Shown here: in pieces, positions 17,689-26,481 of the stretch
Numbering within the stretch: position 1 is the stretch's first letter
Layout of the letters: each line of letters begins with the position of its first letter
Assembly (NCBI GenBank): GCA_021498095.1
Contig: JAIZWK010000001.1
Location: forward strand, 2,070,001-2,102,000
DNA: 32,000 nucleotides
DNA from: Candidatus Harpocratesius repetitus
GTDB taxonomy: Archaea > Asgardarchaeota > Lokiarchaeia > Sigyniarchaeales > Promethearchaeaceae
Direction: 5' to 3'
Translations under genes and position numbers: made by a program
The notes under the pieces: generated by a model
Told to the model about the DNA's origin: nothing
Databases searched by the model: none
Seen by the model: only the letters and a program-made list of their open reading frames with translations

Positions 17689-20079
17689 ATGCCACATGTG
17701 CAATTTGAAATTCGCGATCAACAAGGATTAAGCCGAGTAGGGCGATTTAAATCTGGAAAATTCTTTTACTATACACCAAATTTGATTTTTCCAATAAATG
17801 AATTTGAAAATCTCTTATCTAGCTTAAAAACAGAAAATTCTTCTTCATCAAATCAAAATTCATTGGTATTTGAAGATTACCAAAATTTAATAAAAAATAC
17901 TGCCCATTCATTTTTGGCTTCTTTAATATTTGATCCATTGAGATTATTTTCAAAAAATCAATCAGTCTCCTTAGGACAAAAACAATCCTATCAAATTATC
18001 GAAAATCTTGATCTTTTTGGTGTTTATTCGATAAAAAACCTAAAAAATACTGATTTTTCTTCATCTTTTTCATCTTCTGAAAATCCATCAAATTCTGATC
18101 TCTCTCATCTTTCTCATTCTTCTCTTTCTAAGGATAACATTTCAAGCCATATCCATGTTTTATCAGCCAATTTTCCAAATACAGACTATAATAGATATGA
18201 ATCATATGAAAAAGCCCTTATTCAAAATCGATTGGAACTTTATTCAACCCAAATTCTTGCCCAAAATCCAAATGACTTTTTTATATTAGAAATTCCCTTC
18301 ACTACGCAAAAATCCATCATGAATTTGTATTTATCTTGGGTTCAGAATCATCAAGATCAATTATTTGGATTAAAGTTTACTAATATTTTTCGCAATTTAA
18401 GAAACCAATCGGAAATATTAGAGTGGATTTTTACTTTTAAAAACCAAACCTCTCCAAATTTGATGTGGATTGCTGGAGGGCAGATTTTTCCTCAAAATTA
18501 TGCTTTAGCGATATACTTAGGATTCGATTGTATCGAAACTAATTCACTTTTTTATTATTCTTATCAAGGGTTATACATTACTTCTCAATCGTCTCAATGG
18601 TTGCGTAATCTTCAAATTCCTCCTTGTGCTTGTCCAGCCTGCCAGCATTTGGAAAGATTGGTGCCTGGAACAGGTTCAGAGAGTTTGGAACAATTGCATT
18701 TGATTTTATATCATAATATTTTTACTGCTCGTACAGAAATTCGACGTATTGAACAGTATCTAAGTGAAGGATCACTTCGATCGTATTTGGAAGCTCAAAC
18801 TCATACAAAACCTGAATTTGCTGCTATGGTTCGACTTATCGATAAAAATTATGCAAATGAAATTAATTCACGCTACAAACTATGCAATTCTCATAAAGTC
18901 GATTGTATTGGAGTTGAATCATATTTTCGACCTGAAGTACAAAATTTTATTCAACGTGTAAAAAATGAAATTACCCCTGCTCAAAAATACCGAATTGTTG
19001 TAATTCTTCCATGTGCTGCAAAGAAACCATATTCTCAGTCGAAATCTCATCAATATTTTAGAAAAATCATCCGAAAAACGATGGGAAAAGAATTTTACTC
19101 TCAAGTGCATCAAGTTATCATTACTTCACCATTGGGAGTTGTTCCAAGAGAAGTGGAGCACATTTTTCCCGCAGCTCATTATGATATTCCTGTAACTGGT
19201 GATTGGGATGATTACGAAATTAATATAACTGGAGAATTGCTCGCGAATTGGCTTAATAAATATCAACATATTGAAGATGGCAATAATCAAAAAGAAGAAA
19301 GCCCTCTTATCGTAGTTGCTCATGTTCATGGAGGATATTATTCAGCTTGTAAAGTAGCTGAAGACAAAATGAAATTGGAATCAAGTAATGTTATTTGGAG
19401 ATATACTTTAATTCAAGGAGAAACTGCTTCACCTTCTTCAAAGATTGGGTTGAAAGCATTAGAAAATATTCTTAATGAAATTAAATTATCTTGGGTTTTG
19501 TTAAAAAAAGATGGAATAGAATATAGAAATAATCATGATACTAATTTATCAAAAAAAGAAATCATTTCATCTTTAACAGAAGCAGAAATTATGATTCGTG
19601 CCAATTTAGATTATCAATTTGGTAAAGGAGCAGGAGATTTGTTTATGGATACAGGAATAATTGTAAATAAGTCCAGGAACCCTCAATATTTTGAAGTATT
19701 CACATACGATGGTGCTGGAAAATTTCAGATTGGGCGACTTCATACGAATTCTGGATTTCTTAGGCTCACGCCTCGTGGGGCACAGCGCTTAATTACTCAT
19801 GGTCGGAATTTTATAAAAATTACTGAACCTACTATGAAAGGAACAACTGTTTTTATTCCAATCTTAGCGAATTTGGATTCATTATGTCATCCGGGAGATG
19901 AAGTAATTGTTCTAAATTCCAACAATGAATATCTTGGAGTAGGAGAATTAATTCGGGCTCCAGCAGATTTGAGAAATATAAAATATGGTTTAGTTTGTAA
20001 ACTGAGAAAAAAAGTTAAAGAGCAACACTTTTCCACTTCTTCTACTGATGTAGACCTATTGAAGGAGATTGAACAATGA
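17689..20079 (+). CDS. arcS: Archaeosine synthase subunit alpha ArcS (TGT-like + DUF5591 + PUA)
   Basis: N-terminal TGT-like segment with Zn site CACPAC...HN, then LPCAAKKPYSQSKSH, ITSPLGVVPREVE...YDIPVTGDW and YQFG, and a C-terminal PUA-like domain. Confidence 0.88.
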   Translation: MPHVQFEIRDQQGLSRVGRFKSGKFFYYTPNLIFPINEFENLLSSLKTENSSSSNQNSLVFEDYQNLIKNTAHSFLASLIFDPLRLFSKNQSVSLGQKQSYQIIENLDLFGVYSIKNLKNTDFSSSFSSSENPSNSDLSHLSHSSLSKDNISSHIHVLSANFPNTDYNRYESYEKALIQNRLELYSTQILAQNPNDFFILEIPFTTQKSIMNLYLSWVQNHQDQLFGLKFTNIFRNLRNQSEILEWIFTFKNQTSPNLMWIAGGQIFPQNYALAIYLGFDCIETNSLFYYSYQGLYITSQSSQWLRNLQIPPCACPACQHLERLVPGTGSESLEQLHLILYHNIFTARTEIRRIEQYLSEGSLRSYLEAQTHTKPEFAAMVRLIDKNYANEINSRYKLCNSHKVDCIGVESYFRPEVQNFIQRVKNEITPAQKYRIVVILPCAAKKPYSQSKSHQYFRKIIRKTMGKEFYSQVHQVIITSPLGVVPREVEHIFPAAHYDIPVTGDWDDYEINITGELLANWLNKYQHIEDGNNQKEESPLIVVAHVHGGYYSACKVAEDKMKLESSNVIWRYTLIQGETASPSSKIGLKALENILNEIKLSWVLLKKDGIEYRNNHDTNLSKKEIISSLTEAEIMIRANLDYQFGKGAGDLFMDTGIIVNKSRNPQYFEVFTYDGAGKFQIGRLHTNSGFLRLTPRGAQRLITHGRNFIKITEPTMKGTTVFIPILANLDSLCHPGDEVIVLNSNNEYLGVGELIRAPADLRNIKYGLVCKLRKKVKEQHFSTSSTDVDLLKEIEQ

Positions 20080-21194
20080 ATTCTGAGAAGAAACTTCCAT
20101 CTGCAATTTCTTATCTGCGCGAAGAATTGCAGTATTTACGCCAAAGACCATTATCCAAGCAAAAAAAAGCAAAAACGCACCAATTTTCAAAACCTGTCGC
20201 CAGTTTTTCAAAGCCTGATAGGCTCAAATCAGGAATGGGAACAGAGATTACTTTAATTTTTCGATCTCGCGCCTGTAGTTGGGCAGGTTCTGCCTCAGGA
20301 GGTTGTACTATGTGTGGATATTGGAATGATCGAGCCGAAGGCGATATTACTGCAGATCATTATTGGCAACAATTTACTTCGACAATTGAGAAGTTTAAAT
20401 CACAATTAGAGGATGTTAATCAAAAAATAGTATTTAAAATGTTCACTTCTGGGAGCTTCTGTGATCCTAAAGAATTAGATGAAAAACTTCAACTTAAAAT
20501 TTTGCAGAAACTAACAGAATTTCCGTCAATAAAAGAAATTGTCATCGAATCGCGTCCTGAGTTTTTAACCTCTGATCTATTGACTAAATATCGACAAATT
20601 ATTTCAGAACAATATCTGGAAATCGGTATAGGTATAGAAAGTAGTTCTGATTATATCCGCGCTAACATAATCAATAAAGGATTTAATTGGAAACAAGTAA
20701 TTAAAGCAGTTGAGCGGGTTCATACTCACAATTTTGGTGTAAAAGCCTATTTGCTCTTCAAACCTCCCTTTCTTTCAGAATATACTGCTTTAATGGATTT
20801 ATTTCAATCAATTCGAGATTGTGTGCAGTTAGGAGTGGATACAATCTCTATTAATCCTACCAATATCCAACAAAATACCATCTGTAGCGTACTTGCTTCT
20901 CAAAATCAATTTCGATCTCCATGGTTTTATTCACTATTTTGGATAATAAAGCATGCAATTTCTCAAAAAGAACTAGAACATACTCGATTACTTTGTGACC
21001 CAAGCGCTGCTGGCAAAGAGCGTGGGATTCATAATTTTTACAGTCATCATCCATCTAATTCAGAAGCAATTGACATTCTGCAAAGATTTGTTGAACATCA
21101 AGAACTTTCTATAATTCCTGAAATAATTAATGATAAGGAATCATTGGTTAACTATAACAGATATCGAACTGAAATATTATATAAATGGAGTTAA
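20076..21194 (+). CDS. raSEA: Archaeosine biosynthesis radical SAM enzyme RaSEA
   Basis: FRSRACSWAGSASGGCTMCGY, MFTSGSFCDPKE, IESRPEF, EIGIGIES and YLLFKPPFLSE. The ATGA start overlaps the arcS stop. Confidence 0.9.
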   Translation: MNSEKKLPSAISYLREELQYLRQRPLSKQKKAKTHQFSKPVASFSKPDRLKSGMGTEITLIFRSRACSWAGSASGGCTMCGYWNDRAEGDITADHYWQQFTSTIEKFKSQLEDVNQKIVFKMFTSGSFCDPKELDEKLQLKILQKLTEFPSIKEIVIESRPEFLTSDLLTKYRQIISEQYLEIGIGIESSSDYIRANIINKGFNWKQVIKAVERVHTHNFGVKAYLLFKPPFLSEYTALMDLFQSIRDCVQLGVDTISINPTNIQQNTICSVLASQNQFRSPWFYSLFWIIKHAISQKELEHTRLLCDPSAAGKERGIHNFYSHHPSNSEAIDILQRFVEHQELSIIPEIINDKESLVNYNRYRTEILYKWS

Positions 21195-21847
21195 AATGTA
21201 GGTAAAATGCTATTTTTTCTTCCAAAATAGAATATTCCATTTGTTAAATGCCCATTCATTGTCTTAAATGTGGATGTATCAGCAATAATTAATTGAAAAT
21301 CTTTAACTAAATCAAAAATTTCTTCTTGTGAATGATGTCGAAAAATACCACCATCCGGCAATTCAAATATCCCATAATGCTGATATTTTTTTTCAAATTT
21401 CAAATATCTCTCTCGATTATATATATTCGGCGTAATTAGAAAATCATTCATGTATAGATAACCCCCCGGTTTTAAAACACGCCAAATTTCGCTCATGGTT
21501 ATCTTCTGCTGTTTTTTAAAAGGTATGCAGGTAAACAAAGCTAATGCAATAACAGCATCAAATGATTCTTCTTTAAATGGAATTTTTTCTGTTATCAAGT
21601 GATGTAAATTTAAATATGGATGAATCGATTTTCCTCTAGCAATCATCTTTTCAGAAATATCTATTCCTACAGTATTTTGATATCCTTCATTATATAATGA
21701 AAATAGTGTTCTGCCGTATCCACAACCAAAATCGAGGATCCGTGCATTTTTAGGGAGATATTTGGAAAAAACATCTATTTGAAAAGGGGTGGTGAATTCT
21801 TTTTCATCCGCAACCCCATTCCAGTATTTTCTTTGATTTTCTAACAT
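21191..21847 (-). CDS. Class I SAM-dependent methyltransferase
   Basis: ILDFGCGYGR, GIDISEKMI, ESFDAVI and RVLKPGG. Confidence 0.92.
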   Translation of the reverse strand: MLENQRKYWNGVADEKEFTTPFQIDVFSKYLPKNARILDFGCGYGRTLFSLYNEGYQNTVGIDISEKMIARGKSIHPYLNLHHLITEKIPFKEESFDAVIALALFTCIPFKKQQKITMSEIWRVLKPGGYLYMNDFLITPNIYNRERYLKFEKKYQHYGIFELPDGGIFRHHSQEEIFDLVKDFQLIIADTSTFKTMNGHLTNGIFYFGRKNSILPTF

Positions 21848-21995
21848 AATTGCAATCTGCTCTCAGCTGCAAAAGAACTTCTTAAACACATATTTTTATT
21901 AATCTATAAAAACCATTCGATAAAAATTGAAATTTAACAAATTGCGATGATTTTTAAAGATAAAGGATCAATTAAGAGAAAGCCTATTTTTTAAA

Positions 21996-22056
21996 TTATT
22001 CCTAAATTATCTTTCAAAGAATTGTCTTTGGCAAATTTATTGAAATTTAGGAATAA
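21996..22056. repeat. 13-bp perfect inverted repeat with a 35-nt spacer
   Basis: TTATTCCTAAATT (21996-22008) and AATTTAGGAATAA (22044-22056), in the divergent methyltransferase/transposase intergenic region. Confidence 0.6.
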
Positions 22057-22124
22057 AACGTAGATTTTTTTAATCATCTATTTCAAGTCAGTTCGCAAAC
22101 CGATGTTTTGGAAATGTTTAAATC

Positions 22125-23516
22125 GTGTCGATCATGTGTTATCCTATGGTAGGACGCCCTAAAAAGGAATACCCTCCATTATTCGAGCCATTATGCATTA
22201 ATTTCGAAGATGGAAGGGAAGAAATTCTAGAAATAATACCTGTTTTGTGCCCAGAATGTCGCTCTGCTGTCGTCGGAGTATATGGCACTCATAAACGGAA
22301 AGGAAGAAGGGTTCAATATTATCAGTGTAAAAATCCTGCATGTTCATTCAATAAAACTCACAATACTGCCCGACAATTTGCCTTGACTACATCTGGAGGT
22401 GTCAGAGAAGTGCTTGACGGCATGCTTGGCAAGATGACAAAAGAAATCATGAAAGGAAAAATCAGCCAGAGTGCTATAGCCGAAAAATATGGAGTTTCTG
22501 ATGCTCTTATCTGCTATTTACGTTCTAAGATAGAGAAAACAATTTCAAATCTGCAGGGATTAAAAAATCTGGTTGTGGAATTAACGAATGATACTGCGGT
22601 TGCAGAAGATGAAACTTTCATTCGAATTAACAGTGTACCGTTTTATATTATCATGTTCACGGGCTATACCAGTCATAAAATTCTTAGAATAAAGGTTTCA
22701 AAAACGAGGAACGAAAAAGACATCCGTGAAGTCTTTGAGGAAGCGAATCGAAATACAAAATTGCCGATAAATGTAGTTACTGCCGATGCATGGGGTGCTA
22801 CACAAACAATGAGCAAGAATTTAATGCGTAAAATTACCTTAGTAATTCATAAGCATAAAAAACCCTATGATAAGGCTGTTATTTGGCATATTGATTATGA
22901 AAAAACGAAGCGGATAATCACTAAAATAGGTCTCAAAACCAATTTTTTTAAAAAACGGGGCAAGAGAGAGTATTTTTACTTAGTGAATGAAGATAATTTA
23001 AGTCTACCAGTACCAAAAAAGCGGGGAAGACCAAAAGGAGTGAAGAACGGGCAAGGAAAACAAAGAAAAAATCTAAAACCAAAAATGAAGCGAGGAAGGA
23101 AAGGCCTCTTTACAGTTTTTGACAGAGGAAAACGGGGATATGCCAAAATTGACCCTTCTCGTAAAACTCTAATATTGGCAAAAGGTGTGCTTCCTGCAGT
23201 TGCAGCTGCTTTTAGGGAAACACAAGACTTATTTTGGAAAAAGTCTATATCAAATAATCTAGCGGAGAATATAAATAGTGTGATTGAGACTCGTGTTCAT
23301 TTAACTGGGCCTAAAACAGCTGAGGGTTTAGAACTGCGACTTCGGGCATTTATTATCGCCAGAAATAACCCAGAAATCTTTGAAATTGCATTTGTCTCGC
23401 ACAAATTTAGTCCAAAAATTCTCTTTAATGAATGGAATAATTCAGGAATTAAACGACTATTTCAATTAAACGAAAATTGGGGGAAAAAAAATCAAACCGA
23501 GGTGTTAATGAATTGA
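22125..23516 (+). mobile_element. Intact IS1/IS6-like DDE transposase with zinc ribbon, HTH and AT-hook-containing insertion
   Basis: CPECRS...YYQCKNPAC (InsA-like ribbon), SQSAIAEKYGVSDALI (HTH), AEDETFI, VTADAW and SNNLAENIN (DDE triad), KKRGRPKG. Element ends could not be delimited. Confidence 0.85.
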
Positions 23517-23589
23517 TCCTTCGTTATTAAAAATAGCCCAAATTGCAACAAATTAGATTATTTTTATCGACTCGTCACACTCAGACTGA

Positions 23590-24405
23590 TTAATCAGTAA
23601 GTTGATAAATTTCTTTATATAGAAATAGTCTTTTTTGTCTTCCATCCTTAGTTATCTTAATTTTCTGAAGTTGTTGCAGTTTATCGACATGATATTTTAC
23701 AGAATTGCGCCTTAGTCCTGTTTTTTGTGCAATTTCACTCGCAGTTATCCCCGGTTTTTCATCAATCAAATTCAGTATTGTGCGTGTCATAACTGATTTA
23801 TCGATTTTTATCATAATATTAAGATTTTTAGGTATCTGATCTCGCAGAAAAAATAAGCAAAATTGACCCTCATATGCCTTTTTTATCAATCCATATTGTT
23901 CGAGAATTTCCAAATGCCATGTCATTTGTCCTGCACTTAGATTTAACTGCCGCTTAAGAGCATTAAAATGAATACCTGGTTCATTCGCTATTGTGCTTAA
24001 AAGTCGTTGTCGATTCTCATTACTTAAAATATCTTTACAAGATAGTCTGTGAATACCTTTATTCTCGTTAATTCGATTTTCTAACCAATTAACTGCTTCA
24101 TCCGCACTGAAAATCGTAGATAAAGCAATGATTAATAATGAAACGATAAAGAATATACTTTTCACACTCAAGTTTGGAAGAAAATTCTCAAATTCACTAT
24201 TTCTTATATCATCGGATGGTAATGATGGTAAGGTTTGGTCGATTTCATTGAAAAAAATAGAAGGAAAAAGTAAATAAAATATATATATGCTAATTAAAAT
24301 TAAAACAAGGGTAATAGAATGAGATCTTAAACAAACCATCTGGATTTTCTCTGATGCTCTCGATTTGATTATACTTTTCTGAGATTTGAACACAGATAAT
24401 TCCAT
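23590..24405 (-). CDS. Membrane-anchored tandem winged-HTH transcriptional regulator
   Basis: Two N-terminal hydrophobic segments, then NENRQRLLSTIANEPGIHFNALKRQLNLSAGQMTWHLEILEQYGLI and a second HTH PGITASEIAQKTGLRRNSVKYHVDKL. Confidence 0.85.
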   Translation of the reverse strand: MELSVFKSQKSIIKSRASEKIQMVCLRSHSITLVLILISIYIFYLLFPSIFFNEIDQTLPSLPSDDIRNSEFENFLPNLSVKSIFFIVSLLIIALSTIFSADEAVNWLENRINENKGIHRLSCKDILSNENRQRLLSTIANEPGIHFNALKRQLNLSAGQMTWHLEILEQYGLIKKAYEGQFCLFFLRDQIPKNLNIMIKIDKSVMTRTILNLIDEKPGITASEIAQKTGLRRNSVKYHVDKLQQLQKIKITKDGRQKRLFLYKEIYQLTD

Positions 24406-24615
24406 CCTATAACCTTATTCCACATAAATGGAAAAAAAGATAATTCTTTCCAGTGCAATTATAATATCGTGGCCTATTAATTAAATGCTGGGGGATACTT
24501 TTTGAACTTTTTTTCATAATTAACCTGTTATCGATATTATATGAGGTGTGAAAAGTTGGGATTTTTTGATCCTTTTTTGGGAATCATTTTTATTGTTATA
24601 TCCCTCAATCTTGTT

Positions 24616-25953
24616 ATGAAACAACGGTTGATTAGCATTGATACTGCAAAAGGCTTTGGCATTTTTATTATGATTCTAGTTCATCTTTTTACACAGGCAA
24701 TCGCTCGTGGCGATCCAGCTGTATTTGTTCCCGTTGTTTCTCAAATGTCTATATTTCTTTGGATTATTCTCTTTCCTTTAATTATAATGAGTGTCTGGGG
24801 GAGTATTTTTACCGTAATGACATGTTTGATAATTACGATTCAGATGTTAAACCGCTTGAAAACATCAAAACGGCGCTATGGGAAATTTATTTTAAATAGA
24901 GTTTTAAGTGGGGCTTTAATACTGCTTCTATACTCTCAAGTTCGGAAATTATTGGGTATTCGTAATGCAGAATCGCGATATCGGACCATAGGTTCAATTG
25001 AACTTGTATTTTCCAGCGATACGATCGATTCAATTGTGTTTGTGGGGATCCTTATTCCAATTATGCTATGGGTCATACTTTTAATCCCCAAATTAAGCCG
25101 ACCTATTCCATTTATTCTTCTTTTTACAAGTCTTGGTGTGGGTGGATTAGTTTTTAGCCCTTATTTTATTCGCTGGGGTCACATCCAGATTGAATTGTTA
25201 AATTCAAAAGGTTGGGTCATTCCAGAATGGATTCTCTCGAAATTTATATATGGCAGGTTTAAAATAGCCCAAACGTTTAGTTTTGGTTGTATGGGAGTAA
25301 TCTTTGGATATATGATTTATCAACGCATTTCGGCTAAGCAATTACTACATTCTGCTGCATTATTCTTTGCTACCATGATGATTATTTTAGGAATTGCTGT
25401 ATTGATCGATTGGCATTTTCTCCTTCATTTTGCCGACACAGATATTCCACTTCCTGTTCAATTCTTTAATTTAGGAGGACAAGCACTTTTATTGTCAGTT
25501 TTCATAACTCGACTAGATTATGGATCAGAATATTCAAGAATTCGGGCTGTAAAACGAACTGTATGGCTCCGTCGATATGGTGTCGTCTCATTTACAATAT
25601 TTACAATTGGTCGATTAGTTGGTGATGGTGTTTATTGACTATTTTTACGTTGGTTTGGCTCTTCTATCGGTTCTTCTGATTTAGGACCTCGCCTTGATTG
25701 GAATACAGCGCTAATTTGTTTATTCTTGTTGACTGTTATCATAGCATGGGAACTTATCTTACGCTTATGGGAAAAATTGCGCTATTATGGTAGTATGGAA
25801 TTCTGGATTTCTCTAATTCTTATTTTATTCCGATTTCGTAGTCGTTCTTCGCTGGATATTACTCCAAAATTATATTATTACAGAAATTTGGTGCCGATTA
25901 AAGATGTTAAGGAGAATCCAGAAAATGATTCACTCATTATCTTCAATAACTGA
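24616..25953 (+). pseudogene. DUF1624/HGSNAT-like (acyltransferase-type) membrane protein interrupted by one in-frame TGA at 25636-25638
   Basis: Begins MKQRLISIDTAKGFGIFIMILVH (R-x-x-S-I-D-x-x-[RK]-G motif). ORFs 24541..25638 and 25726..25953 share a frame, and the intervening sequence reads GDGVY*LFLRWFGSS...WNTALICLFLLTV without another stop. Confidence 0.7.
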
Positions 25954-26174
25954 TATTTTCTTAGACACTAAGTGTAGAAAGTTTTTTTGGCTTATATTTC
26001 AAATAGAATTCGAATAGATAGTTCATTTTTTTTATTGAAAAATGCTTTCTATGCCTCTAAAAGTTGATCATTCTTAAATTCTTGATCCTTCTAAAATAAT
26101 CAACATTGTAAGTTGTCAGTTGAGAGTTTTATTCATTAAAGTCTGGAGCATGAGAAGGCATAACTTGAAAAATC

Positions 26175-26399
26175 ATGCAGTACTACCGCCTAACAACAGA
26201 CCAGATTATTCAAAAAGCCATCGACGGCACCCTTCTCCCCATTTATTACCCAAGATTAATGCGGGAAACTAAATATGAAATTAAACGCTTCATTCTCGAT
26301 AAATTGCCTCCAAAACATAAATTAAGCCGCAAATTAATGCAATGGATCCTGGAACACGACTCAATTCACAATAAACACGGCTTTCCCATCGTAAAGTAA
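26175..26399 (+). CDS. Small hypothetical protein
   Basis: 74-aa ATG-started ORF with protein-like composition and somewhat higher GC than its flanks. No recognised motif. Confidence 0.45.
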   Translation: MQYYRLTTDQIIQKAIDGTLLPIYYPRLMRETKYEIKRFILDKLPPKHKLSRKLMQWILEHDSIHNKHGFPIVK

Positions 26400-26481
26400 C
26401 ATTCGTGAAAAAAAATCGCAAAAATTCATATTTTATGCCCTACTTCCATACTTAACTCAAAGTTAGTTTAGTTGATATATT

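Noticed and set aside
18764-21054. Short ORFs inside arcS and raSEA
   Set aside because: Off-frame or antisense shadows.
21936-23554. 8-bp direct repeat AACAAATT as a target duplication for the intact transposase
   Set aside because: An AT-rich 8-mer match over this search space is expected by chance, and the implied ends are not inverted repeats.
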